From Bacteriovoracaceae bacterium (lineage in GTDB: Bacteria > Bdellovibrionota > Bacteriovoracia > Bacteriovoracales > Bacteriovoracaceae), in contig JBLWTJ010000003.1 in NCBI GenBank assembly GCA_048270185.1, positions 288,001 to 352,000 of the forward strand: a stretch of DNA of 64,000 bases, read 5' to 3'. How positions within the stretch are numbered: the stretch's first letter is position 1; every line of letters starts with the position of its first letter. The position numbers were made by a program, and so were the translations under genes. The notes beneath the pieces were generated by a model. That model saw only the letters and a program-made list of their open reading frames with translations, had not been told where the DNA came from and did no database searches. Shown here one piece after another: positions 40,027-49,903 of this stretch.

Positions 40027-40136
40027 TTTAAACCTCTTTTCTTCGCATTGCTTGTTACAACGCTATTTTTTTATCCGTTTAATCTACATTTGAGATTTGA
40101 GCAATTTCGCCTATATAGGACCATTTGTCAAGCTTG

Positions 40137-40433
40137 TTAGTGGGCACTGCAAGAACTACAGCCTCCTCCCGACTTATCTGTAGGATCACTGAATTGCCAA
40201 TGCCCATAATTTTCATTGATACAGGCAATAGCCTCTTTTAAAGAGCTGAAATCACGTTGAAAAACTTCAATATCCTCACCATCAATTACTGTCACTGAGT
40301 AGAGAATGATTTGTTCAAGCTTCCCATTGGACTCCAGAAGGTCTCCGGTCATCCCGATGAAGGCCTTGAAATGCTCACTATTGTAGTGGGCAAAGTTCCA
40401 ATTTTTAAGATTTACGAAGTTTTGTGTATCCAT
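40137..40433 (-). CDS. Hypothetical protein with C-terminal CxxCxxH
   Basis: 98-aa ORF ending GGGCSSCSAH. Confidence 0.7.
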   Translation of the reverse strand: MDTQNFVNLKNWNFAHYNSEHFKAFIGMTGDLLESNGKLEQIILYSVTVIDGEDIEVFQRDFSSLKEAIACINENYGHWQFSDPTDKSGGGCSSCSAH

Positions 40434-40553
40434 GCAGTATTTTTAGCAGTTGGCCCTTGCCATGACAATGTATTTCTAGTAAGTTTCTTACCTACGATTA
40501 GTAGTTACAATTGATATAAGAATTTAAGTTTATATATTTTTTAGGAGGCAATT

Positions 40554-40730
40554 ATGGCAAAGGGGCCAAGAGTAATTATCACACTTGAGTGTACTGAAGC
40601 GAGAAAGAATGGACAAACTCCATCTCGTTATACAACAACTAAGAACAAGAAAACTCACCCAGAGAGACTTGAAGTTAAGAAGTACAATCCTTTCTTAAGA
40701 AAGCACACTCTTCACAAAGAAATCAAATAA
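40554..40730 (+). CDS. rpmG: 50S ribosomal protein L33 (no zinc motif)
   Basis: Below ORF-track cutoff. [66 protein letters not shown]. Confidence 0.96.
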   Translation: MAKGPRVIITLECTEARKNGQTPSRYTTTKNKKTHPERLEVKKYNPFLRKHTLHKEIK

Positions 40731-40760
40731 TCTAATCTTTAAGATTTAGAATTATATTGA

Positions 40761-40790
40761 AAGGCCCAACTCATTGAGTGGGCCTTTTTT
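40761..40790 (+). terminator. Intrinsic terminator of rpmG
   Basis: AAGGCCCA-ACTC-ATT-GAG-TGGGCCTT followed by a T-tract. Confidence 0.8.
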
Positions 40791-40879
40791 GTTTGTTCGA
40801 TAAACAATAATCTTTACAAAGAAACAACGCCAGGCGTCGCTTTGTGGTAGATTCCCTTAAATTTTAAAAAGAGGGAATT

Positions 40880-41407
40880 ATGAAGAAAATGACACTAAAG
40901 GCAGTTCTATGCCTAACACTCACTATTTCAGCACTTGGATCAACTTGTGCCGATCAGTATGGTCAGGCCATCACTAAGTTTGAAAATTCTAAATTCAGAA
41001 ATGCTTCATCAAATACACATACCTTAATTCATGCTGTATCTGCTTATGGCCTAGTTAGCCTTGGAGCGGCGGTACTTCCTGCGTATTTTGCATACCCTGT
41101 GGTTATTAAGCTTATCGTGGCAAATCAGAAAAAGCTGCAATTCTACACGGATTTATTTTCTGAAGGGAAGGCATCAGAGCAGGCCCTTGAAGAAATTATG
41201 GCCATGCTTGAAAAGAAAGGTGTATCTGTTGAAGCTGATCTTGTTAAGAATGAATTAGACTACTTAAATGAATCAGGTGCACTATGTGATGGTTCAATCT
41301 TTAAGCGTAAGCAAAATTATGGGCCACGTGGTAATCGTAAAGAGACGGCCATTAAGGTTCCATCAAAATCAATGCTGGTTCGTCACTTAAAGAAAACACT
41401 AAAATAA
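40880..41407 (+). CDS. Exported/membrane hypothetical protein
   Basis: Signal peptide, internal hydrophobic segment, ESGALCDGS motif; GAGGG SD. Confidence 0.7.
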   Translation: MKKMTLKAVLCLTLTISALGSTCADQYGQAITKFENSKFRNASSNTHTLIHAVSAYGLVSLGAAVLPAYFAYPVVIKLIVANQKKLQFYTDLFSEGKASEQALEEIMAMLEKKGVSVEADLVKNELDYLNESGALCDGSIFKRKQNYGPRGNRKETAIKVPSKSMLVRHLKKTLK

Positions 41408-41420
41408 TCAAAAATAAAAG

Positions 41421-41445
41421 AGCCTCCCATTAGGAGGCTTTTTTT
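41421..41445. terminator. Terminator between convergent genes (probably bidirectional)
   Basis: AGCCTCC-CATTA-GGAGGCT followed by a T-tract, A-rich on the other side. Confidence 0.8.
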
Positions 41446-41450
41446 ATGTC

Positions 41451-42395
41451 TTAATTTCTAGCAATAACTTCGTGACAGAAAACATCTCGATGATCAATTG
41501 AGCGAGACTCTGGAATAACTTGCTTGCAAGCTTCCACTGCAAGTGGGCAGCGGGTGTGAAAATTACATCCAGGAGGTGGATTAAGAGGTGAAGGCAGCTC
41601 TACATTCTTTAGAGGAGGAAATGCCTTAATTACTTCATTATCAACTGCGTGGGCACTCTTTAAGAGAGTCTTTGTATATGGATGGTGAGGATTATTAAAA
41701 ATCACATCACTTTTTCCATACTCACAAACTTTTCCAAGGTACATAACCAGAACTTTGTCTGCGATATAACGAACGACTGATAGGTCGTGAGAGATAAAAA
41801 TATAAGTTAGGTTAAATTCTTCTTGTAAGTCTTTTAATAGATTTAAAACTTGGGCCTGAACAGAAACGTCTAGTGCTGAAACTGGCTCGTCGAGAATGAG
41901 AACCTTAGGCTTGAGAATAAGGGCGCGGGCAATACCTATTCTTTGGCGCTGACCTCCACTAAACATATGTGGGTACTTGTGGGCATGTTCTCTCCTTAGA
42001 CCTACTGTCTCCATAAGTTCACAGGCGCGATCAAATGCTTCAGATTTTGTTACATTCTCATTAATAAGCAGTGGGTCTGCAATAATTTCCCAAGCCTTCT
42101 TACGAGGATTTAAAGATTCAAGAGGATTTTGGAAAACCATTTGAATCGACTTATAAAGTTCTTTAGAAGAGAGAGTGGAAAAGTCTCGGCCACCAATTGT
42201 AATAGTTCCATCTGTTACTTGCTCAAGTGCCATCAGACATTTTGCAAGAGTCGACTTTCCGCAACCAGATTCACCCACAATCCCAAGAGTTGTTTTTTCT
42301 TGGAGAGTAAAGCTTAGTCCGTCGATGGCCTTCACGGCCTTGTCTCCAACTGGATAGTATTTTTTTAAATTACTTACTTTTATTGTATCAATCAT
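41451..42395 (-). CDS. dppF: Dipeptide ABC transporter ATP-binding protein
   Basis: GESGCGKST, YPHMFSGGQRQRI, DEPVSALDVS, ELPSPLNPPPGCNFHTRC. Confidence 0.92.
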   Translation of the reverse strand: MIDTIKVSNLKKYYPVGDKAVKAIDGLSFTLQEKTTLGIVGESGCGKSTLAKCLMALEQVTDGTITIGGRDFSTLSSKELYKSIQMVFQNPLESLNPRKKAWEIIADPLLINENVTKSEAFDRACELMETVGLRREHAHKYPHMFSGGQRQRIGIARALILKPKVLILDEPVSALDVSVQAQVLNLLKDLQEEFNLTYIFISHDLSVVRYIADKVLVMYLGKVCEYGKSDVIFNNPHHPYTKTLLKSAHAVDNEVIKAFPPLKNVELPSPLNPPPGCNFHTRCPLAVEACKQVIPESRSIDHRDVFCHEVIARN

Positions 42396-42404
42396 TTTAT
42401 TACC

Positions 42405-43367
42405 TTAATTAAGAGGGTGAATGCAGCGAAGTGAACGATCATTATGAATCACAATCTTTGGTAGCATGTCACATTGTGCTGATGCATATTCACACCTCTT
42501 GCTAAACTGGCAACCTGTAGGACGATTGGCCAGATCAGGAACCATTCCCTTAATAGAGTAAAGTGGTGCATTTATATCATTTGTAAAAGATGGGATCGAT
42601 TTTAGAAGGCCAAATGTATAAGGATGTCTTGGCCCTTCAATGACAGCTTTTGTCGGTCCTTTCTCAATCACTTCACCGGCATACATTACTTGTAGATTAC
42701 GAGTGAAATCTTTTACAACGGCAAGATCGTGAGAAATAAAAATGACGGCCATTCCCGTTTCTTTTTGAATATCAATGATAAGTTCTAAAATTTGTTGTTG
42801 AACAGTTACATCTAGGGCCGTCGTCGGCTCATCGGCAATAAGTAGCTTAGGACTTGAAGCGATGGCCATGGCAATCATCACTCTTTGTGCCATCCCTCCT
42901 GAGAGCTCATGAGGGTAAGACTTCATACGCTCTTTGGGAGCAGGAATTCCGACTTGAATGAGAAGTTTTTCAACTCGTTCTTTACGCTCTTGCTTTGTTA
43001 GCGTTGGCTCGTGAATAATCAGAACTTCTTCAATTTGATTCTCAACAGTGTAGCAAGGGTTTAGTGAACTCATCGCATCTTGAAAGATCATTGAAATATC
43101 GCCGCCGCGAATTTGTTGCCAAGATTTATCATCAAGTTTTTGCAGATCAACATCATTGAAGCTTAGTTCGTCGGCTTCAACAATGGCGTTATCATCTAGG
43201 AGCCCCATGATGGCCATACTTGTAATTGATTTACCACAACCTGACTCACCAACGATACCAAGAGTCTCACCAGCTGCAACATCAAACGAAACATTGCGAA
43301 CAGCGTGGATAGGGCCTTTCTTTGTTTTAAAATGTATATTTAAGTTTTTTACTTTTAATAGACTCAT
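42405..43367 (-). CDS. dppD: Dipeptide ABC transporter ATP-binding protein
   Basis: GESGCGKS, YPHELSGGMAQRV, DEPTTALDVT. Confidence 0.92.
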   Translation of the reverse strand: MSLLKVKNLNIHFKTKKGPIHAVRNVSFDVAAGETLGIVGESGCGKSITSMAIMGLLDDNAIVEADELSFNDVDLQKLDDKSWQQIRGGDISMIFQDAMSSLNPCYTVENQIEEVLIIHEPTLTKQERKERVEKLLIQVGIPAPKERMKSYPHELSGGMAQRVMIAMAIASSPKLLIADEPTTALDVTVQQQILELIIDIQKETGMAVIFISHDLAVVKDFTRNLQVMYAGEVIEKGPTKAVIEGPRHPYTFGLLKSIPSFTNDINAPLYSIKGMVPDLANRPTGCQFSKRCEYASAQCDMLPKIVIHNDRSLRCIHPLN

Positions 43368-43381
43368 TTCTACCTATCTTT

Positions 43382-44272
43382 TTATCTTTTTAATTTGGGA
43401 TCAAGGGCATCTCTAAGTCCATCACCAAATAGGTTTAGGCCTAGAACAACCGCAAGAATACAAAGGCCTGGAAGCGTAACTAACCAGGGAGCACTTTGAA
43501 TATAAGGCCTAGCATCACTAAGCATGATTCCCCATTCTGGAGTAGGAGCCTGTACACCAAGGCCTAGGAAACCAAGGGCCGCAGTTGAGAGGATTCCTTC
43601 TGATAGTCCTAACGTTATTTGAACAATCAATGTCGCCATACAATTTGGAAGTATTTCTCTAAGCATAATGCGAATAGGAGAGGCACCAAATGTTTTTGCC
43701 GCTTGAACATATTGAAGACCTTTAATTTCCATGACGTTTGCACGAATGAGTCTTGTAAATGAAGGAACACTAACTAGTGCTACTGCAAAGACTGCATTCA
43801 TAAGCCCTGGCCCAATAACTGAGACAACAATGATAGCTAGTAAGATGCTTGGATAGGCCATGAGTATATCAATAAACCTCATGATAACTGTATCAGTCTT
43901 TCCCCCAAAGTAACCAGCAAGTAAACCAAGTACTGTCCCGATTAGTGTTGAAATAAAGACAATTGAGATACCTACAAAGAGAGAAACTTGAGCACCGTAG
44001 ATTAGTCGAGATAGAACATCTCGTCCTAGATCATCTGTACCGAGAAGAAATTTTACACTTCCTCCTTCTGACCAGATTGGTGGAATTCTAAGTTCTCCTG
44101 GAAAGATTTCACTTGCTCCATGAGGAGCAATAATTGGAGCAGCAATGGCAATTAAAATAAAGCCTAGAACGAGTGCCAGGCCAAAGACCGCACCTTTATT
44201 ATCACTGAAATGATCCCAGAAATCTTTTAGTAATTCTTTATTCGTAATATTTGATTTTGTTAATTCACTCAT
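43382..44272 (-). CDS. dppC: Dipeptide ABC transporter permease
   Basis: LGTDDLGRDVLSRLIYGA, PTPEWG, GDGLRDALDP. Confidence 0.93.
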   Translation of the reverse strand: MSELTKSNITNKELLKDFWDHFSDNKGAVFGLALVLGFILIAIAAPIIAPHGASEIFPGELRIPPIWSEGGSVKFLLGTDDLGRDVLSRLIYGAQVSLFVGISIVFISTLIGTVLGLLAGYFGGKTDTVIMRFIDILMAYPSILLAIIVVSVIGPGLMNAVFAVALVSVPSFTRLIRANVMEIKGLQYVQAAKTFGASPIRIMLREILPNCMATLIVQITLGLSEGILSTAALGFLGLGVQAPTPEWGIMLSDARPYIQSAPWLVTLPGLCILAVVLGLNLFGDGLRDALDPKLKR

Positions 44273-44284
44273 ATTATTTTCCGC

Positions 44285-45310
44285 TTAATTTCCACTGGCA
44301 ATTTTTGGATTGACGATTGAGTAGATGATATCAACACACATATTGATGAAGATAACCATCAGGGCAATAAAGAGGATTCCTCCTTGAATCACTGGATAGT
44401 CGCGAGCATGAATACTTGCAACTAGCCAGCGGCCAATACCTGGCCATGAAAAAATAGTTTCAGTAAGAATCGCTCCAGTAATGATACTTCCAAAGAGAAG
44501 GCCAATAACAGTCACGATTGGAATGAGGGCATTTCGAACAGCGTGCTTCCAAATAATTTTTTGATAACTTTGGCCTTTGGCCTTTGCTGTTTGAATATAA
44601 GGGGCCTTTAATACTTCCAGAACACTTGAGCGAGTCATACGCGAAATAACCGCAAGAGGAATTGTTCCCATGGCAATTGTCGGTAGGATTAAATGCTTGA
44701 GTGCCGAATTAAAAGGCGCAAATCCATCAAATGAAATGACATCTGGATTTAGAGTATCGATTAACATAAAACCAGTTAGGCGAGGGACATCAAAGAGAAC
44801 ATCCATGCGACCTGAAACAGGAGTTATTCCCATATTAACAGAGAAGATAATAATGAGGATGAGTCCCCACCAAAAAATAGGCATCGAGTAACCGACGAGA
44901 GAAGTTCCCATAAGAACATAGTCAACGAGTGAGTTTCTCTTAATTGCCGCGTACACTCCTGCCGGTATTCCTATAAGGATAGCAAAAATCATGGCACAAA
45001 TTCCAAGCTCTAGAGTTGCTGGAAAGCGCGAAAAGAACTCGTTAACAACAGTTTGTTTTGTGACAATTGAGACTCCAAAGTCGCCACTAAAAACATTTCC
45101 CATGTAGACAAGGTATTGCTCTAAGATAGGCTTATCAAGTCCTAGGGTTTGTTGCATGGCCTTGTAAACAGCAGGATCAGCTCCACGCTCTCCTAAGAGA
45201 AGAAGGACAGGATCTCCTGGTACAAGTCTTACAACGATGAATGAAAATAAACTAATCCCGATGACAGTCGGGATTAGTTGTAAAAAACGTTTCTTTAAAA
45301 AATTCTTCAT
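44285..45310 (-). CDS. dppB: Dipeptide ABC transporter permease
   Basis: PGDP, RFPATLEL, SMPIFWWG, ETIFSWPGIG, RDYPVIQG. Confidence 0.93.
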   Translation of the reverse strand: MKNFLKKRFLQLIPTVIGISLFSFIVVRLVPGDPVLLLLGERGADPAVYKAMQQTLGLDKPILEQYLVYMGNVFSGDFGVSIVTKQTVVNEFFSRFPATLELGICAMIFAILIGIPAGVYAAIKRNSLVDYVLMGTSLVGYSMPIFWWGLILIIIFSVNMGITPVSGRMDVLFDVPRLTGFMLIDTLNPDVISFDGFAPFNSALKHLILPTIAMGTIPLAVISRMTRSSVLEVLKAPYIQTAKAKGQSYQKIIWKHAVRNALIPIVTVIGLLFGSIITGAILTETIFSWPGIGRWLVASIHARDYPVIQGGILFIALMVIFINMCVDIIYSIVNPKIASGN

Positions 45311-45315
45311 AATAA

Positions 45316-46917
45316 TTATTCGAGACTTACCTTATCAAAGATATCATTTCCTAGTGGGTGAATTTTGTAGCCTTTAACATTGCTTCTCATTGCTCTGTGA
45401 ACTGTTGAATGGAAAAGAGTAATCCATGGAACATCTTTCTTAAAGATCTCTTGGGCCTTTAGGTAGTGTGGCGTTCTATCTTTACGTTCACTTAATCGCT
45501 TGGCCGCAGTGACTTCTGTATCGTATTCTTTATTACACCAGTTTGCATAATTTGAACCGGCCTTTGCTCCTTCACAGCTTAGTAGCATATAGAGGAAATT
45601 ATCTGGGTCGCCATTATCACCAGTCCAACCCATCTGTAGCATAGCGTGTTCACCTGCATGAGCTTTCTTAAGATATGTTGGCCAGTCGTAAGTAATGAGT
45701 TCTACTTCAATCCCTACTTTTGAAAGATCTTCTTGCATTAGTTCACCCATCTTCTTTCCATTTGGATTATATGGGCGTGACACAGGTAGAGTCCAAAGAG
45801 TTGTTTTAAAACCATTTGGAAGGCCTGCTTTCTTTAGTTCTTCTTTTGCTTTTTCAATATTGAAATTATGATCTTTAATATCGTTATTATATCCCCAAAT
45901 TGTTGGTGGCATTGGATTCTTCGCAACTGTTGCAAACCCTAAATAGATTGGTTCAATATATGTACTACGATTGAGGGCATAGTTAATAGCACGTCTTACG
46001 TGGATATTATCAAATGGCTTCTTTTGCGTGTTTAGGGCAAGGTATCCAATATTAAGACCAGGCCCTTCTAGAACTTCGATATTCTTGTCAGCTCTAAGTG
46101 CCGCAATATCTGTTGGAGCTGGTTGAGTGGCGAGGTGACATTCTCCGGCCGTAAGCTTTTGAGTTCTTACTGAAGCATCTGGTGTGATTGAGAAAACCAT
46201 TCTTTCAACTTTTGGAGCACCACCAAAGTATTCTTTGTTGGCCGTGTAGCGAATCATTGTGTCTTTTTGGTATGAACCATAGATAAATGGACCAGTTCCT
46301 ACTGGTAAACGATCATACTCTTCTGGAGTTCCCGCCGCTAACATACTTTCTCCGTATTCGCGAGATAGAATACTTGTGAATGCCATGGCGAAATTTGCTA
46401 GCAGTGGAGCTTCTGGATGGTGAAGTGTGATGACAACTTGGTGAGAATCAGTCTTTGCAATATCTTTAATGATATTAGACATTCCCATTCCATCCCAGTA
46501 TTCATAAATACCACCGCTAACTTTATTATACGGATGATCTTTTTTAAACATTCGATTAAATGACCATACAACGTCACTTGCATCTAGCTCTCTCGTTGGT
46601 TTGAAGTATTTAGTTGTATGAAATTTAACTCCCTTTCTAATATTGAAAGTGTAAGTTAGTTGATCTTGAGATACTGTCCAACTTTCAGCAAGAGAAGGGA
46701 TAATATTTGTCGTCCCAGTTTCAAATTTAACTAGTCGATTAAATAGTGGGTAGGCTGCAGCATTGTGTGAAGGCCCATCTGTTAAAAACTGAGGGTTAAA
46801 TCCCGAAGGTGAACCCTCTGAACAATAAACAAAGGTCTTAGTGTTTGTTCCTTTCTTCCCAGAACAAGACACAAGTAAAGAGGCCAGCATTACTGACGCC
46901 ATAAGGATTTTAAGCAT
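45316..46917 (-). CDS. dppA: Dipeptide ABC transporter substrate-binding lipoprotein
   Basis: Lipobox LVSC; VYCSEGSP, PVGTGPF, RPYNPNG, GWTGDNGDPDNF. Confidence 0.93.
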   Translation of the reverse strand: MLKILMASVMLASLLVSCSGKKGTNTKTFVYCSEGSPSGFNPQFLTDGPSHNAAAYPLFNRLVKFETGTTNIIPSLAESWTVSQDQLTYTFNIRKGVKFHTTKYFKPTRELDASDVVWSFNRMFKKDHPYNKVSGGIYEYWDGMGMSNIIKDIAKTDSHQVVITLHHPEAPLLANFAMAFTSILSREYGESMLAAGTPEEYDRLPVGTGPFIYGSYQKDTMIRYTANKEYFGGAPKVERMVFSITPDASVRTQKLTAGECHLATQPAPTDIAALRADKNIEVLEGPGLNIGYLALNTQKKPFDNIHVRRAINYALNRSTYIEPIYLGFATVAKNPMPPTIWGYNNDIKDHNFNIEKAKEELKKAGLPNGFKTTLWTLPVSRPYNPNGKKMGELMQEDLSKVGIEVELITYDWPTYLKKAHAGEHAMLQMGWTGDNGDPDNFLYMLLSCEGAKAGSNYANWCNKEYDTEVTAAKRLSERKDRTPHYLKAQEIFKKDVPWITLFHSTVHRAMRSNVKGYKIHPLGNDIFDKVSLE

Positions 46918-47219
46918 TTCTTCGCTCCCTTTAAGAAATTTTCAATTATAAATAAATTTAGTAAATGATACGTAGCAAATAATCTAACGTAAATAGCGCA
47001 TTGTGGCATCATTTGGTAAATTTAATTGAGGGATTACTTAGCGAAACATAGGCCTTAGGCACATGTTGCGATTGAAAAACTTTCTTAGCTCCCTAATTCT
47101 AAAAAAGTCAGTGTGTTTATTTATGTGTGTATTTGGTTCTCCTGACCTCCCATACTGGTCGGTCGGCGTTGCTCGGCTTCATTTTGCCTTCGTGGCAAAT
47201 GACGCCTCCAAAATGAGAA

Positions 47220-47252
47220 GCGGGCCTTAAATCAGATTGATCTAAGGCCCGC
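47220..47252 (-). terminator. Stem-loop downstream of the Cys-rich gene
   Basis: GCGGGCCTTA...TAAGGCCCGC 10-bp inverted repeat, 14 nt after the stop. Confidence 0.7.
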
Positions 47253-47266
47253 AGTAATTTATTTAA

Positions 47267-48508
47267 TTAGAATTTTGCTTTTGTATCTAATTCATAAGTC
47301 TTTGACTTAAGTGTCTGCCCTGGAACTTTTGATTCAAGAGGGAAGACAGTGATTGTAACTTTTAGTTTACGAGATTTTTCAAACGCTCTAAAAAGTCCTC
47401 TCTTAATCTTTTCAAATCCATGCTTAGAAAGCTCTTCTTTAAGTAGGATATTTCCATTTTCAAGAAGTGTTTTTTCGAAAGTTAGTAGATCAATTGTCTT
47501 TTTAAAATGGATCTCTTTCTTTTCTTTGTCATAGATTACGATTTCAGCTTTAAGCTCTTTCATTGCTTCAAATGAAGATACTTCAAGTTCAAACTTACCT
47601 TTAACACCAACTTTAACACTCTTTGGAGTTACTAGAAGTGGAGCTTTTGCTTCATCTAGGTCAAAGAATTCAACTTTAAGAGTCGATTCGTAGTTGTAGT
47701 CAGATGTCTTATTAAAGTCTGCAACTTGAAAATTAACTTGAGTCGAAGCCTGATTTAAGTTTTCAACTAGAGTTTCAAAGCTCTTCATTTCTTTTGAGAA
47801 GTTTAGAGTAAAGTTTGCATCTGCTTTATCAAGTGCACCGATGTATTGAACTTTTACTTTGTGAGTTACATTTTCTTTTTCAGTGTATGGAACAGTTTCG
47901 TACTTAGTACATGCATATGGCTCTGAACGATACTTTGTAACATTACGACATACATATCTTTGGTATGGAACGTTTGAACATACGTTGCGATCTGGTTCTC
48001 TATGACAACGTTGAACTGGACGGTTGCTACATACGTAGTCTCTGTATGGCTCTTGGCTACATGTTTGACGTCCTGGCTTTGTTTCACAAACACGACGCCC
48101 TGGTCTTGTTTTACATTCTTGTCTACCGTTTACTGTACGACAAACTCTTTGTGGACTAGTTGTGTGACACTCTTGGCGAGAAGGACCAGTTGTACAACGA
48201 CGACGGTACTTTGTTTCGTAACGACAGTCACGCTCATATTCTGTGCGACATACATTGCGTCCTGGTTCCCAACGACATTCGCGGCGGTAATCAGTTTCGT
48301 ATCCACACTCTTCTGTTTGGTATGGAACTTGGTTATAGCATGTACCTTGATATGGCTCTTGCTTATACTTAGTAACATCTATTTCTTTTGATAATACTTG
48401 AACATCATTGTCACCACCATTGAACGAAAAGTTTAATGAGTGATCTTGGGCCTGTGCCCCTGAAAGTGTAAGCACAAAGAATACAAGTGCTAAAACCGAT
48501 TTAAACAT
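47267..48508 (-). CDS. Secreted protein with a 16-Cys, Arg-rich repeat region
   Basis: Signal peptide ending AQA; 16 Cys between aa 57 and 200; beta-rich C-terminal domain; AGGGGG SD. Confidence 0.85.
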   Translation of the reverse strand: MFKSVLALVFFVLTLSGAQAQDHSLNFSFNGGDNDVQVLSKEIDVTKYKQEPYQGTCYNQVPYQTEECGYETDYRRECRWEPGRNVCRTEYERDCRYETKYRRRCTTGPSRQECHTTSPQRVCRTVNGRQECKTRPGRRVCETKPGRQTCSQEPYRDYVCSNRPVQRCHREPDRNVCSNVPYQRYVCRNVTKYRSEPYACTKYETVPYTEKENVTHKVKVQYIGALDKADANFTLNFSKEMKSFETLVENLNQASTQVNFQVADFNKTSDYNYESTLKVEFFDLDEAKAPLLVTPKSVKVGVKGKFELEVSSFEAMKELKAEIVIYDKEKKEIHFKKTIDLLTFEKTLLENGNILLKEELSKHGFEKIKRGLFRAFEKSRKLKVTITVFPLESKVPGQTLKSKTYELDTKAKF

Positions 48509-48707
48509 ACATCCCCCTTAAGAATATTGATTACTTCTTTTAGCGAGATTTGCCTTGGTAAGACAAAAAAAATCTAAGTTAATGAAAGTATGTGGTGTAA
48601 TTGTAAGATAATGTAAGAAAAATGACAGGGTATTTTTGAGTAATTTTGAATTGTTGGTTAGAAAATGGCCCCACTTTCAGTTCGTGAGGCCTTGTATTTT
48701 TTACAAA

Positions 48708-49817
48708 TTATCCAAGATTGAGTGGAGTATATTCAAGTTCTAGGTCTTCAGCTACTTGCTTATAAACTAGCTTACCTTTATAGATATTGATCCCTTTCTT
48801 AAATGCATCATCCATCATTGCTGATTCTTCTACACCGTGTTTTGCAATCATTCTTGCATACTTAAGAGTTACGTTTGTAAGTGCATAAGTTGAAGTCTGA
48901 GCAACAGCTCCTGGCATATTAGCAACACAGTAGTGTACAACACCATCTACTAGGAAAGTTGGATTTTGGTGAGTTGTTGGCTTACAAGTTTCAATACATC
49001 CACCTTGATCAACAGCAATATCAACAACTACAGATCCTTTTTCCATTTTAGAGATCATCTCTCTTGTTACTAGTTTTGGAGCTTTTGCACCTGGAACTAG
49101 AACTGCACCAATAACAAGATCTGAGTCTTGTACTGATTTCTCAATATTTTCGATATTTGAGAATAGAGTTGTGATTCTGTTATCAAATAGGTCATCAAGT
49201 TCAGCAAGACGCTTAGTTGATAGATCGATTGCAGTTACATCTGCACCCATACCCATGGCCATCTTAATTGCGTTAGTTCCAGCAACACCACATCCGATAA
49301 CAGTTACTTTTGCTCTTCTTGTTCCCGGTACACCACCAAGAAGAATACCTTTTCCTCCGTGATCTAGTTGAAGGTAAGCAGCACCAATTTGAGTTGCCAT
49401 TCTACCTGCAACTTCTGACATAGGAGTTAGAAGAGGAAGTGAACCATCAGCTGGTTGAATTGTTTCATAGGCAATACAAGTTGATCCTGACTCCATAAGG
49501 CCTCGAGTTTGTGGCTCGTCAGCTGCAAGGTGTAGGTATGTGTAAAGAATATGGTGTGGTTTTAAAAGAGCGATCTCTCTTGGTTGAGGCTCTTTAACTT
49601 TAATGATCATTGTTGATTTTTCAAATACTTCTTCAAGTGATGGAAGAATCTTAGCTCCCGCTTGAATATATTGTTCGTCGTCAATACCGATTCCAACACC
49701 AGCATTTGTTTCAACATATACTTCGTGACCGTCGTGGATAAGTTGTCTTACACCACCTGGAACAAGTCCTACACGGTTTTCGTTATTTTTAATTTCCTTT
49801 GGAACACCAATAATCAT
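48708..49817 (-). CDS. ald: Alanine dehydrogenase
   Basis: MIIGVPKEIKNNENRV, KVKEP, PMSEVAGR, DIAVDQGGC, HYCVANMPGAV. Confidence 0.97.
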   Translation of the reverse strand: MIIGVPKEIKNNENRVGLVPGGVRQLIHDGHEVYVETNAGVGIGIDDEQYIQAGAKILPSLEEVFEKSTMIIKVKEPQPREIALLKPHHILYTYLHLAADEPQTRGLMESGSTCIAYETIQPADGSLPLLTPMSEVAGRMATQIGAAYLQLDHGGKGILLGGVPGTRRAKVTVIGCGVAGTNAIKMAMGMGADVTAIDLSTKRLAELDDLFDNRITTLFSNIENIEKSVQDSDLVIGAVLVPGAKAPKLVTREMISKMEKGSVVVDIAVDQGGCIETCKPTTHQNPTFLVDGVVHYCVANMPGAVAQTSTYALTNVTLKYARMIAKHGVEESAMMDDAFKKGINIYKGKLVYKQVAEDLELEYTPLNLG

Positions 49818-49903
49818 ACAAACTCCAAATTGCTTTGAGGGCGTTAAAATACTAAAAAATTAATGAGCAGAATATAAATGTTTTCACTTGCTATTACAAT
49901 CAA

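Noticed and set aside
47866..48391. Multiple overlapping alternative-frame ORFs in the Cys-rich gene
   Set aside because: Shadow ORFs produced by the repetitive, stop-poor sequence; no SD or recognisable motifs.
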